Source of the DNA: Lachnospiraceae bacterium
Lineage (GTDB): Bacteria; Bacillota; Clostridia; Lachnospirales; Lachnospiraceae
DNA length: 64,000 nt
Direction: 5' to 3'
Assembly (NCBI GenBank): GCA_029226225.1
Contig: JAQXXU010000107.1
Location: 6,532-70,531 of the forward strand
The notes beneath the pieces are model-generated. The model was given only the letters and a program-made list of their open reading frames with translations. It had not been told where the DNA came from and ran no database searches. The position numbers and the translations under genes are program-made. Numbering within the stretch: the stretch's first letter is position 1; every line of letters begins with the position of its first letter. Below, piece after piece: positions 1 through 9,736 of the stretch.

Positions 1-208
1 TGACTACAAAGTCTGCTGCACCTGAATTCAGAAGAGTTGCAGCCAGAATACCATTCTGCACATAGGTGAGCTGTGCCTCATCATCGGCCGTATACATTCC
101 ATAGTTTACGACTTCAAAACCTTTTTCATCGGCTACTTTCTTTAATGCACCGTATATGATGCTGTTCTTCGCAGCCTGTGAATTTTCATTTATTAATGCA
201 ATTCTCAT
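1..208 (-). CDS. RpiB/LacA/LacB-family sugar isomerase (DhuI-like), runs off the window edge
   Basis: Not in the ORF track. Manual translation from ATG at 208 gives MRIALINENSQAAKNSIIYGALKKVADEKGFEVVNYGMY...QLTYVQNGILAATLLNSGAADFVV; RBS AAGGA upstream; lies downstream of the kduD-like gene. Confidence 0.85.
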   Translation of the reverse strand, partial: MRIALINENSQAAKNSIIYGALKKVADEKGFEVVNYGMYTADDEAQLTYVQNGILAATLLNSGAADFVV

Positions 209-287
209 TGTGAAATCCTTTCTTTAAAAAATAGAGCTGTGAAAAAATTCCACAGCCCCGGTTGCATGAATGAAGGAGAAACTTAAT

Positions 288-1154
288 TTATTTATCAGCT
301 ACCTTGACATCGGCTGTCTCTTCAACATCCTTGAACTTCGATTCGTCAAGCTGTGAAGGATCCTGTCCGATATATGCAAGGATACCGCCATCAATATATA
401 CGACCTGTCCGTTGATGAAATCAGAAGCAGGTGCTGCAAGGAATACTGCAAGCCCCTGAAGATCCTCTGTTGTACCCCAGCGCTGTGCAGGAGTCTTGGA
501 ACGGATGAAACGGTCGAACGGATGCATTGAACCATCAGCCTGCTTCTCACGAAGAGGTGCGGTCTGAGGAGTAGCAATATATCCAGGTCCGATGGCATTG
601 CACTGGATGTTGTACTGACCATACTCAGAGCAGATATTCTTTGTGAGCATCTTGAGACCGCCCTTTGCAGCAGCGTATGCTGAAACAGTCTCACGACCGA
701 GCTCTGACATCATTGAGCAGGCATTGATGATCTTGCCGCCGCCCTGTTTGATCATGTAAGGAATTACAGCCTTGGAGCAGATGAACGGTCCTGTCAGATC
801 GACATTGATGACCTGATCCCACTGCTTTACAGTCATCTCAACCATCGGGATTCTCTTGATGATTCCGGCATTATTTACCAGAATATCAATGTGACCGTAT
901 TTATCTATTACTTCCTTTACGAAAGCATCTACCTGCTCTTCATTTGTGACATCACATATCTGACCGAAGGCATCGATGCCCTTTTTCTTGTATTCAGCAA
1001 GGCCTCTGTCTACGAGGTCCTGATTGATATCGTTGAAAACGATCTGTGCTCCGACCTCTGCCATTGCCTCTGCATATGCGAGGCCAAGGCCGTATGAAGC
1101 ACCAGTGATCCATGCCACCTTGCCGTCAAGCCTGAATTTGTCAATGATTCCCAT
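288..1154 (-). CDS. kduD: SDR oxidoreductase, gluconate 5-dehydrogenase / KduD(DhuD)-like
   Basis: TGASYGLG Rossmann motif, NNAG, YAAAK catalytic motif; pectin catabolism context. Confidence 0.8.
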   Translation of the reverse strand: MGIIDKFRLDGKVAWITGASYGLGLAYAEAMAEVGAQIVFNDINQDLVDRGLAEYKKKGIDAFGQICDVTNEEQVDAFVKEVIDKYGHIDILVNNAGIIKRIPMVEMTVKQWDQVINVDLTGPFICSKAVIPYMIKQGGGKIINACSMMSELGRETVSAYAAAKGGLKMLTKNICSEYGQYNIQCNAIGPGYIATPQTAPLREKQADGSMHPFDRFIRSKTPAQRWGTTEDLQGLAVFLAAPASDFINGQVVYIDGGILAYIGQDPSQLDESKFKDVEETADVKVADK

Positions 1155-1180
1155 TTATGTTTTCCTCCTTTTGAAAACTA

Positions 1181-1837
1181 TTATGAACGGACCTTCTTTA
1201 CGATATCCGCTGCTTCCTTAACCAGTGATGTGATCCTGTCCCAGTCATGAGCCCTGATCAGGTCACCCTTGACCATCCATGATCCTCCTGCACAGAAGAT
1301 CTTGTCACACTTCAGATAATCAACTACATTTGTCGGATTGATACCGCCTGTAGGCATGATCTTCAGATTTACAAGCGCTGCCGTAATAGCCTTTATCATT
1401 GGAAGACCTCCGGAAAGCTCTGCCGGGAAGAACTTCACATGATCAAGTCCCATATTCATTGCAGCTATCATCTCTGATGAAGACTGTGTGCCAGGACATA
1501 CCGGAATATCATTGTCGAGACAGTACTGAACAACAGCAGGATCAAATCCAGGACTCACGATAAACTTCGCACCTGCATCAGCAGCGCGCTTAGCCTGTTC
1601 AGGCGAGAGAACTGTGCCGGCACCAACCAGCATATCTGGATACTTCTCTGCCATTATACGTATTGACTCTTCAGCCGCGTCTGTACGGAAAGTAACCTCA
1701 GCAGCCGGAAGGCCGCCATCCATGAGACATTTCCCAAGTGGAGCAGCATCTGCCACATCATTTAAAACTACAACAGGTATAATGCCTATCTGACTGAAAC
1801 GATCAAGAACTGCCTTTGTCTTTGGTGAATTTGCCAT
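1181..1837 (-). CDS. eda: KDPG/KHG aldolase
   Basis: EVTFRT, GAGTV, FIVSPG, VKFFPA, PTGGI motifs. Confidence 0.95.
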   Translation of the reverse strand: MANSPKTKAVLDRFSQIGIIPVVVLNDVADAAPLGKCLMDGGLPAAEVTFRTDAAEESIRIMAEKYPDMLVGAGTVLSPEQAKRAADAGAKFIVSPGFDPAVVQYCLDNDIPVCPGTQSSSEMIAAMNMGLDHVKFFPAELSGGLPMIKAITAALVNLKIMPTGGINPTNVVDYLKCDKIFCAGGSWMVKGDLIRAHDWDRITSLVKEAADIVKKVRS

Positions 1838-1865
1838 ACTTCTTTACCTCACTTTGTAAGCTTGA

Positions 1866-1879
1866 TGAAAGCGCTTACA
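1866..1879. promoter_or_regulatory. LacI/CcpA-type operator (cre-like) in the eda leader
   Basis: TGAAAGCGCTTACA fits TGWAARCGYTWNCA and lies just downstream of the eda promoter. Confidence 0.75.
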
Positions 1880-1895
1880 TTTGTTTTCTTCTTAT

Positions 1896-1923
1896 ATTAT
1901 AAATGATTTCTTTCCTTTGTCAA
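1896..1923 (-). promoter_or_regulatory. Sigma-A promoter of eda-kduD-rpiB
   Basis: Minus strand TTGACA-16 bp-TATAAT. Confidence 0.75.
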
Positions 1924-1961
1924 TAGGTATTTGTAGAGTATTTTCTTCATATAAATATTAT

Positions 1962-1990
1962 TTGCAAAAGCCGTCTGTTCGTGATACTAT
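1962..1990 (+). promoter_or_regulatory. Sigma-A promoter of the MATE gene
   Basis: TTGCAA-17 bp-TACTAT with extended TG; overlaps the ORF-track GTG start, so the real start is downstream. Confidence 0.55.
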
Positions 1991-2031
1991 GTAAGGGGTT
2001 ACATTATATTTTTTACAGAATGCGTATTAAT

Positions 2032-3447
2032 ATGTCACATCAGAAAAGTAAGGCTCCCCGTGGCCTTTATGTTAAGCTTTTTTCAAAAACATTTGACAGC
2101 AGACAGATCGACTGGGATCACCTGATGTTTACAGGACCGGCTCTGTGGAAGCTGCTGATCCCGCTCATGATTGAGCAGCTGCTGGCCTCCCTGATGGGTA
2201 TGGCTGACACAATGATGGTCTCGAGACTCGGCTCTGCCGAGGTATCAGCAGTCTCGCTGTCGGATTCGATCAACAATCTCGTAATACAGGCATTTGCAGC
2301 CCTGGCCACCGGTGGAACCATCATCTGTTCACAGTATATAGGAAGAAAAGATGACCGTGACGCCAACAGGGCCGCAGAGCAGGTCATGATCACCTGCTTT
2401 GCCCTGTCTTTTACAATAGGACTCATCTGCTTTCTCATCAGACGTCCTCTGTTGCGCCTCGTATTCGGCTCCGTAGAAAAAGATGTAATGGACGCAGCCG
2501 TCATATATTTCGCATATACGAGCATCTCATTTCCATTCATTGCTCTGTACCAGTCGGGAAGCGCTTTTTTCAGGGCGGGTGGCAACAGCCGGTTTCCAAT
2601 GACTGTCTCAGTGATTTCCAACTGTCTCAATATAGTCGGAAATGCGATTTTCATGTTTGTCATGCATATGGGAGTCGCCGGTGCAGCATTGTCCACACTC
2701 CTTTCACGTGTCTTCTGTGCGGTTGTGATCTTCGCTTTTCTCCGCAGACCCAGGCAGGAAATTGTGATCAGGCATTATCTGGTGAGGCCTGACTGGAAGC
2801 TGATAAAAAAGATCCTTTCAATCGGCATTCCTTCAGGAATTGAGAACAGCATGTTCCAGTTCGGAAAGCTCGCGATCCAGTCGAGTGTCTCAACTCTCGG
2901 CACCGCATCAATTGCAGCTCAGGCAATGACCAATATAATGGAAAATGTAAACGGTGTCGGCGCGATTGGTGTTGGAATCGGTCTGATGACTGTGACGGGA
3001 CAGACGCTCGGTGCCGGCAAGAAGGAAGAAGCCAAGTATTATATTGCACATCTGATGGACATCGGCGAGATCGTGATCATCATCACCTGCCTGCTCGTAT
3101 TCGCTCTGGCCAGGCCTATCATCTGGCTCGCCGGAATGGAAAAATACTCAGGTGATCTTTGCTTCTACATGATATCATGGATCACACTCGTAAAACCCAT
3201 CATCTGGGTTCCGGCGTTCATCATCGCATACGGTCTCAGGTCCGCCGGTGATGTCAGATTCTCAATGATACTGTCATCCTGCACGATGTGGATGTGCAGG
3301 GTGCTGCTCGCCACAATACTCATAAGAGTAGTCGGTATCGGTCCAATGGGCGTGTGGATTGGCATGTTCTCTGACTGGTTCCTGCGCGGAGTATTTTTCA
3401 CACACAGATACAAGACCATGAAATGGCTGAAACATGAAGTGATCTGA
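2032..3447 (+). CDS. MATE-family efflux transporter
   Basis: Multiple TM segments, DTMMVSRLG, GVAGAALST and GIPSGIE two-repeat MATE pattern; start at 2020 or 2032 uncertain. Confidence 0.9.
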   Translation: MSHQKSKAPRGLYVKLFSKTFDSRQIDWDHLMFTGPALWKLLIPLMIEQLLASLMGMADTMMVSRLGSAEVSAVSLSDSINNLVIQAFAALATGGTIICSQYIGRKDDRDANRAAEQVMITCFALSFTIGLICFLIRRPLLRLVFGSVEKDVMDAAVIYFAYTSISFPFIALYQSGSAFFRAGGNSRFPMTVSVISNCLNIVGNAIFMFVMHMGVAGAALSTLLSRVFCAVVIFAFLRRPRQEIVIRHYLVRPDWKLIKKILSIGIPSGIENSMFQFGKLAIQSSVSTLGTASIAAQAMTNIMENVNGVGAIGVGIGLMTVTGQTLGAGKKEEAKYYIAHLMDIGEIVIIITCLLVFALARPIIWLAGMEKYSGDLCFYMISWITLVKPIIWVPAFIIAYGLRSAGDVRFSMILSSCTMWMCRVLLATILIRVVGIGPMGVWIGMFSDWFLRGVFFTHRYKTMKWLKHEVI

Positions 3448-3463
3448 AATCAGACAGGTGACA

Positions 3464-3576
3464 GGGGAGACAGGGGGACGGTTCTCGTGTCTTTTTAAAT
3501 AAATTATTTTACTTAAAAAGACAGGAGAACCGTCCCCCTGTCCCCAAAAAGACACGAGAACCGTCCCCCTGTCCCC
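3464..3576. repeat. REP-like repeat cluster: 31-bp unit AAAAAGACA(C/G)GAGAACCGTCCCCCTGTCCCC, one inverted copy (3464-3496) and two tandem copies (3515-3545, 3546-3576)
   Basis: Directly visible between the convergent MATE and kduI genes. Confidence 0.85.
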
Positions 3577-3604
3577 TATTGGAAAAAATTGTTGGAGACC
3601 TGTG

Positions 3605-4471
3605 TTATCTGAGATCCTGCATTCTGACCTCGTCCATATCATCGAAATCCTGGTTCTCACCAACCATGCCCCAGATAAAGGTATAGTTTCTGGAACCGCT
3701 GCCTGCATGGATGGACCATGACGGGCTGATGACTGCCTGCTCATTGCGGACTACTATGTGGCGGGTTTCCTGTGGCTCTCCCATGTAGTGCATTACGAAT
3801 GCATCCTCTGGCAGATCAAAGTAGAGATATACTTCCATACGACGGTCATGAGTGTGGCATGGCATTGTATTCCATACGCTGCCTGGCTCGAGATGAGTCA
3901 TTCCCATTTCGAGCTGACATGACTCGACCTGTCCAGGAAGGATATATTTATTGATTGTACGGTGATTTGAATCCTCGAGAGTACCGAGCTCTTTCTTATT
4001 CTCTGGCCTGATCTCTACATCATAGTCATGCTCAGCCTTTTTATCCTTCAGGATTCTCTTTGTAGGATATGTCATATGGGCCGGTCCTGAGCACATGTAA
4101 AATTTTGCCGGATTTGCAGAATCCCTGCTGGCAAATACAATGTCCTTCGTACCACGTCCTATGTACATTCCGTCTCTGGCATCAATGTCATATACCACAC
4201 CATCTGCAGTAACAGTTCCATCTCCGCCTATATTTATGATTCCAAGTTCCCTTCTCTCAAGAAAATACTGAGCTCTCAGCTCTTCTCCGGCCTCAAGCTT
4301 CAGAGTCCTGTTCACAGGCTCGGCTCCGCCAAAAATGATACGGTCAATATGGCTGTATACCAGCTTGATATCGTCTTCGAAAAAAAGCTTTTCAACAAGA
4401 AACTCTTCCCTGATCCTGTCGGTATCATAATGCTTTTCGTCCTTTGGTGAACATGCAGTTCTAAGTTCCAT
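3605..4471 (-). CDS. kduI: 5-dehydro-4-deoxy-D-glucuronate isomerase
   Basis: [43 protein letters not shown] motifs. Confidence 0.95.
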   Translation of the reverse strand: MELRTACSPKDEKHYDTDRIREEFLVEKLFFEDDIKLVYSHIDRIIFGGAEPVNRTLKLEAGEELRAQYFLERRELGIINIGGDGTVTADGVVYDIDARDGMYIGRGTKDIVFASRDSANPAKFYMCSGPAHMTYPTKRILKDKKAEHDYDVEIRPENKKELGTLEDSNHRTINKYILPGQVESCQLEMGMTHLEPGSVWNTMPCHTHDRRMEVYLYFDLPEDAFVMHYMGEPQETRHIVVRNEQAVISPSWSIHAGSGSRNYTFIWGMVGENQDFDDMDEVRMQDLR

Positions 4472-4488
4472 TTTTTGCTCCTTTCACA

Positions 4489-6051
4489 CTACTCTATGAT
4501 CACATTATCAAGCTCCGATGACTCAAGGCCAATCATCTCAGGCTCTGAATCATCGCAGCCGGTAACAGATACATTCTTTAATCTCACTTCAGCCACATTA
4601 TGGAGGACAAATCCTCTTCCCGTCATATGTGGCACATTGTCAGCCATTACCACCTGTTCGGGCTCCCTGTCGGCTGCATCCGCAAATGTGACAGTCATAT
4701 TCTTGACCGATATGCAGCGTATCTTCTGCTCCGGGAGTCCATAAGCGCAGATGATGCAGCCACGCACTCCTGTGCATCTGATATCAGACAGCTCAATCTT
4801 TCCGATCACCGGAGTATTTTCATCCACAGGCACCGGCTCCATGCTCTGCACATAGTCTGAATGCCCGTCCGGATCACAGAAATAAAACATATTGACAGTG
4901 AGCGGCATATGGACGCCGTCCATTATTATCTTTTCAAAGAAGAGGCCATCCAGGATGCTCTTCTCTCCTCTGCCTCTGCGCGACTTGATCCTGACGCCTC
5001 TGTCAGTCCCTTTGAAAATACACTGGCTCACATGGACATTGTTCACACCGCCAGCTATCTCCGAACCAACCGTCACTGATCCATGTCCATTTTCAAAAAG
5101 GCAGTTCCGAATCTCAATTCCATCTGTCCTCATGAAGTGCTCTGTGGCCATATAGAGCTTGCCGCTCTTGATTGCTACACAGTCATCTCCGACAGATATC
5201 ACAGTTCCTAAAAGCATTACGCTGTTGCAGCTCTCTGGATCGAATCCGTCAGTATTCGGCGAATCATAAGGATTGCTGATCCGGAGATCTAAAAACTGTA
5301 AATGATCTGAGTAATACGGATGCACTGTCCAGCTCGGAGAGTTCGTAACTGTGACACCCTGCATCCTGACATTCGAGCAGTGACTGATAAATACGAGGTT
5401 CGGCCTCCATGCGATATGACGCACCTTCGGATCGACCCACCAGTCTGACTCTGATGCGGATCCATTTATCGTTCCTTCCCCAATGATATCGAGATCATGG
5501 CATCCTGTCGCCGTGATGAGTGAAGCAAACATATCAAGAGGATTGCCCTCCCATGTCGCGAGATTGTATTCACACTTCTCATCTGTCGTCGGAGTCATCC
5601 CTGGCAGTACAGGATATTCATTACGGTCTGTAAGTCCCTTTATTTCTGCACCTTCATCGAGGAAAAGACTCATCTCACTCTTCAGGAATAACGGTCCGGA
5701 CAGATACTTCCCTGCCGGTATATAAACTGTTCCGTCTGGCGGGCACGAGCTGATAGCGGCCTGAATAGCGGCTGTATCATTTTTCTCACCATCACCACAA
5801 GCCCCGAACCTACGCACATCGAGAAATACGCTCTCCCTCTTTGTGACAAATGTCTCTTCAATTCCATTGATTGAGAGCCTGTACTTTGTATCCGGAGTCA
5901 GATTATAGATTGAGAAGACATTGGTATCAGCCTTTTTCACAAAGACACCGTTCAGATACACATCTACAGCCTCAGAAGGCCTGTATATATCATCATTTAA
6001 AAGCTCTATTGTCACACTCCGGCAGAAAACCGCCGTTACCGAATAAATCAT
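4489..6051 (-). CDS. GH28 polygalacturonase with an N-terminal FN3-like region and no signal peptide
   Basis: NTDG, GDD, GHG and RIKS catalytic motifs of GH28. Confidence 0.92.
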   Translation of the reverse strand: MIYSVTAVFCRSVTIELLNDDIYRPSEAVDVYLNGVFVKKADTNVFSIYNLTPDTKYRLSINGIEETFVTKRESVFLDVRRFGACGDGEKNDTAAIQAAISSCPPDGTVYIPAGKYLSGPLFLKSEMSLFLDEGAEIKGLTDRNEYPVLPGMTPTTDEKCEYNLATWEGNPLDMFASLITATGCHDLDIIGEGTINGSASESDWWVDPKVRHIAWRPNLVFISHCSNVRMQGVTVTNSPSWTVHPYYSDHLQFLDLRISNPYDSPNTDGFDPESCNSVMLLGTVISVGDDCVAIKSGKLYMATEHFMRTDGIEIRNCLFENGHGSVTVGSEIAGGVNNVHVSQCIFKGTDRGVRIKSRRGRGEKSILDGLFFEKIIMDGVHMPLTVNMFYFCDPDGHSDYVQSMEPVPVDENTPVIGKIELSDIRCTGVRGCIICAYGLPEQKIRCISVKNMTVTFADAADREPEQVVMADNVPHMTGRGFVLHNVAEVRLKNVSVTGCDDSEPEMIGLESSELDNVIIE

Positions 6052-7205
6052 TAATGCTCTCCGTATCCGCTCCTCAGAAGCTCAGTATAAGCCATGATAA
6101 AGGGAGCCGTTCCCTTTGCATCATTTTTCACAACAGGCTCGCTCAGATAATAGTCAACAGAACCATCACGCCTGTCCCTGCCTCCAAGCCCCGCCACAAG
6201 GCAGATGCCATCGAGACCGAGAGTGCCATCAGGATTGCGCAGAAGCTTCTTCCTGATCAGCCCGTCCATGGCCTTTTCGCCAATCGATGCATATCTCTTT
6301 GGAATGAACCCGAGCCTGACGGCCTTCAGCACGGCATATGCTATCAGGGCACTTCCGGAAGTCTCTTCGTAATTGCCTGTATAGTCAGGCTTGTCAATGA
6401 CCTGATAGAACAGTCCGTCCTCATCCTGCCATTTCTCAAGAGAATCCATGAGATCCTGAAGCATCTTCTCCAGATATCTCTTCTCGTAGTACAGCTGCTC
6501 GTCGAGACAGTCAGCCGTATCAGTCAGGGCACATGCAAACCAGCCCTCAGCGCGGAGCCAGAAATTGCTGCTGCATCCGCTCTTCCTGTCAGCCCAGTAC
6601 ATCTGTCTCGACTCATCATATCCATGATAGTAGAGCCCGCTCTTCGGATCTCTCATGAGCCGCTCGACATTCCTGAACTGCCTGAATGAATCTATACATC
6701 CGCCCATCTGGTTGTACAGATTCTCATATGTCACGTAGAATGGCTGGGCCATGTACAGTCCGTCAAGCCATACCTGATACGGGTATATCTCCTTGTGCCA
6801 GAAATTGCCCTCTGAGGTGCGCGGCTGGATATCTATCTGATGGCGTACCGTATCGCAGGCGAGCCTGTACTTTTCTTTGCCTGTATATCTGTATAATGGG
6901 AAAAGTGATCTTCCCATATTGATATTATCCAGATTCTTCTCTTCAGGGTCATAGGTCCTGATCGAACCATCATCCTGCACATAATATCCGACAAATGAAT
7001 CGACAAAATCGAGATACTTCTCATCACCTGTGTACTCATACAGTGACAGGATGGCGGTCATCATGCAGCCATCAATATAGTTCCATTTATTTGGCTTACC
7101 GCCTCTCACCTTTTCAAGATTCCACACAGGCTCTTCAGCCGTGGAATTGTCTATCAGATATTCGATAAAATCATTTATATCTTTTCTGTTCTTGTCAGAA
7201 ATCAT
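6051..7205 (-). CDS. GH105 unsaturated (rhamno)galacturonyl hydrolase, YteR-like
   Basis: WNYIDG, NLDNIN, GNFWHK, WLDGLYM, YYHGYD, ETSGS motifs. Confidence 0.9.
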   Translation of the reverse strand: MISDKNRKDINDFIEYLIDNSTAEEPVWNLEKVRGGKPNKWNYIDGCMMTAILSLYEYTGDEKYLDFVDSFVGYYVQDDGSIRTYDPEEKNLDNINMGRSLFPLYRYTGKEKYRLACDTVRHQIDIQPRTSEGNFWHKEIYPYQVWLDGLYMAQPFYVTYENLYNQMGGCIDSFRQFRNVERLMRDPKSGLYYHGYDESRQMYWADRKSGCSSNFWLRAEGWFACALTDTADCLDEQLYYEKRYLEKMLQDLMDSLEKWQDEDGLFYQVIDKPDYTGNYEETSGSALIAYAVLKAVRLGFIPKRYASIGEKAMDGLIRKKLLRNPDGTLGLDGICLVAGLGGRDRRDGSVDYYLSEPVVKNDAKGTAPFIMAYTELLRSGYGEH

Positions 7206-8068
7206 GGTTTCTTCTCCGGAGCAGCGGTCCTACCGGCGTTTTCATAGGCTTTTTCTATGAATTCACGACAGCTCACCGCATTTTCAGGCCTTGTGTTCTC
7301 AAGTGTCGCCTGGATATATGGTTTCTTTTCCTTCAGGAATTCCATTATCCTGCTGTAATCCATCTCTCCCTGTCCGCATCCTACGGCTGCGAGGCCTTCG
7401 CCTGTACGTACAAAATCCTTCAGATGCACTATTGCGATATCCTCTCCAAGCAGATCCATTGCTTCATCGAGCACTTCATCCGCGTGGTCCACATTATTTA
7501 CATCCAGCAGATTCACCGGATCAAAGATGATCTGCAGATTTGGCGATCCTATAGAGTCCAGAACTATTCTGGCTCTCTTCGGTGTATTAACTATATGCTT
7601 TGCTACGGGCTCGATTGCAATGATCTGACCCATTCTCTCCGCATCACGCACCACTGGGCGGAGATTTGATATAAAAAGATCCAGCGCATGCTGTGTATGC
7701 GCACTCTCTTCGCAGGTATACGTCTCATTAGGCGCACCGGTCTCCGTACCGACGACCTCTGCACCTAATAGAGAAGCAAACCTGAGATGTGCCCTGTATG
7801 TATCCTGGATCTGTGACAGCTTGGCCCTGTTCGGGTTCGCCAGATTCAGGTAACATCCAAGAACAGCTATTGAAAGCCCCGCCTCTTGAAGCTTTTCCCT
7901 CATCCAGGACGCATATCCCGGAGTCAGGCATTCTGTTTCATACGGAAGCCCCTTTGTCTTTTTCAATGCTATATGAATACAGGAAAATCCCTGATTTTTT
8001 ACTGTTTCAAGTCTCTGTTCAAATGGCTTTTCCTCACTATCGTGGAACCTGAGCCCTATCTGTATCAT
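7202..8068 (-). CDS. Sugar phosphate isomerase/epimerase (xylose-isomerase-like TIM barrel)
   Basis: GCYLN, GTETG, IEPV, FDPVN, VHLKD metal-binding pattern. Confidence 0.8.
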   Translation of the reverse strand: MIQIGLRFHDSEEKPFEQRLETVKNQGFSCIHIALKKTKGLPYETECLTPGYASWMREKLQEAGLSIAVLGCYLNLANPNRAKLSQIQDTYRAHLRFASLLGAEVVGTETGAPNETYTCEESAHTQHALDLFISNLRPVVRDAERMGQIIAIEPVAKHIVNTPKRARIVLDSIGSPNLQIIFDPVNLLDVNNVDHADEVLDEAMDLLGEDIAIVHLKDFVRTGEGLAAVGCGQGEMDYSRIMEFLKEKKPYIQATLENTRPENAVSCREFIEKAYENAGRTAAPEKKP

Positions 8069-8088
8069 TTTCGTCCCTCTTCAACTGA

Positions 8089-8745
8089 TCAGGATTCTTC
8101 GAGCGCCTCCTCCGGAATATCATCTTCTTCTGGTATATATTTCCTGAATACATCTGAGAAAAAGATTCCGAGCAGATATGCTATGAATCCTATCCCTACA
8201 TTAATTGTAAAAAAATTCACTGCAAACACTGTCGTGACATTCAGATACACGACAGCAATCAGTACTATTGCTATGAGTATTGTCTGTTTTAAATTCCTGT
8301 ATGGTAACAGGATCGAATAAAGTATTGTGTTCTTAACTGTATTTACGAATTTAGACTGGATCGCAAATACATATGAAAGTGAAATCCCATAGAGAATGCA
8401 TACCGCAATTGATATGGCCCATGGAAGGTTCACATTTGAAAATCCTACTCCCTTTTTGTTCCAGTATACGAGATCCACGGCAAGCAGGGCTCCTACAGCT
8501 AAATATATGAGCCAGATCCCCGTAGACTGTTTGAAATTTTCCTTAAAGGAATGGAAAAAATTCTTCCACGTATATCCCTCATCATGCTGGAGTTTCACAA
8601 CGCTGTATATCAGTGCGGTCGTAGAAGCTCCGATCGTAAAAACAGGCAGACTTGTGACAAGCCATAAAATATTTAAAATCCATATATTCCCGATCTTTAA
8701 AATAACTTTTACTACCGGATTGTCCGGACTGAATATACTTTTCAT
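8089..8745 (-). CDS. YesL/DUF624-family membrane protein
   Basis: LNILWLVTSLPVFTIGASTTAL and FFHSFKENFKQS signature; adjacent to a sugar ABC transporter. Confidence 0.85.
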   Translation of the reverse strand: MKSIFSPDNPVVKVILKIGNIWILNILWLVTSLPVFTIGASTTALIYSVVKLQHDEGYTWKNFFHSFKENFKQSTGIWLIYLAVGALLAVDLVYWNKKGVGFSNVNLPWAISIAVCILYGISLSYVFAIQSKFVNTVKNTILYSILLPYRNLKQTILIAIVLIAVVYLNVTTVFAVNFFTINVGIGFIAYLLGIFFSDVFRKYIPEEDDIPEEALEES

Positions 8746-8769
8746 ATACTATCTCCAAAAATAAAATGT

Positions 8770-8792
8770 GCTGCCCAGCATGGCCGGGCAGC
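8770..8792. terminator. Intergenic GC-rich stem-loop (terminator or mRNA stabiliser)
   Basis: GCTGCCC...GGGCAGC inverted repeat after the permease stop. Confidence 0.4.
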
Positions 8793-8803
8793 GGCCTGAA
8801 CTA

Positions 8804-9730
8804 TTAACCTTTTACTCCGCCGGCGCTGATACCATCAACGAACTGGTTCTGAGCTGCGAAGAATACGCATATGTTCGGGATGATAGAGATCAGTGAAGTT
8901 GCAAGTACTCTGTTCCAGTTGAATCCTGAATCAGAATCCATTGACAGCTTTACGAAGATTGTTGCCGGATACTTGGCAGGAGTCTTGACATAGAGCAGTG
9001 GTCCAAGGAAGTTGTTGGAACCCCACATGAACTTGAACAGTGCGCAGGATACAATAGCCGGCATCAGCATAGGAACTATGATCTTGAGCAGTGTCTGCAT
9101 AGCATTGCATCCATCGATAGCTGCTGCTTCTTCCATGTCCTTCGGAATATTTCTCAGGAACTGGATCAGCATGAAGATGAAATATGTCTCTGTTGCGAAA
9201 GCAGCAGGAACGATGAGTGCAAGATAAAGTGGTGAATCAACCCAGCCGAACTTGTTGTACAGAAGGTACTGAGGTACATTGAGCACAACCTGTGGCAGGA
9301 AAAGCATAGCCATCATAAGGGTGAAGAAAATATCATGACCCTTGAACTTGAATCTTGCAAATCCATATGCCGTAAGTGTGGAAGAAATAACTGTGAGAAT
9401 AACCTCCGGGATGACATATGAATATGTATTGAGCATTGATCTCCAGATATTGATATTTCCACCGTAGCTCTTCATCGCATCCACGTATCCTTTTGTAGTA
9501 GGATGCATAGGAATAGGATTGAGAGTCGTGAAAATCTCATTGTTGGTCTTGAATGTAGCTCCGACCATCCAGATCAGAGGATATACCATAAAGAAACCAA
9601 CAACTATAAGAACTATGTATCTGATCGTTGCTGAAATTCTCTGATTCCTGACGAGAATTCTATGCTGCTGCTCAGAAATTCTCTTTATCTCTTCAGGAGT
9701 CTCTGCAACTGATGCATTTACTTTTGCCAT
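8804..9730 (-). CDS. Carbohydrate ABC transporter permease (MalG/TogN-like)
   Basis: EAA motif IPKDMEEAAAIDG; several TM segments. Confidence 0.92.
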   Translation of the reverse strand: MAKVNASVAETPEEIKRISEQQHRILVRNQRISATIRYIVLIVVGFFMVYPLIWMVGATFKTNNEIFTTLNPIPMHPTTKGYVDAMKSYGGNINIWRSMLNTYSYVIPEVILTVISSTLTAYGFARFKFKGHDIFFTLMMAMLFLPQVVLNVPQYLLYNKFGWVDSPLYLALIVPAAFATETYFIFMLIQFLRNIPKDMEEAAAIDGCNAMQTLLKIIVPMLMPAIVSCALFKFMWGSNNFLGPLLYVKTPAKYPATIFVKLSMDSDSGFNWNRVLATSLISIIPNICVFFAAQNQFVDGISAGGVKG

Positions 9731-9736
9731 TACTAA

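Noticed and set aside
3464-3576. Possible CRISPR array
   Set aside because: The two tandem units have no spacer between them, one copy is inverted, and no cas genes are present
3274-3744. 156-aa minus-strand ORF spanning the repeat cluster
   Set aside because: Overlaps kduI and MATE and merely translates through the repeats
5871-6689. 272-aa plus-strand ORF
   Set aside because: Antisense to the well-supported GH28 and GH105 genes; no motifs
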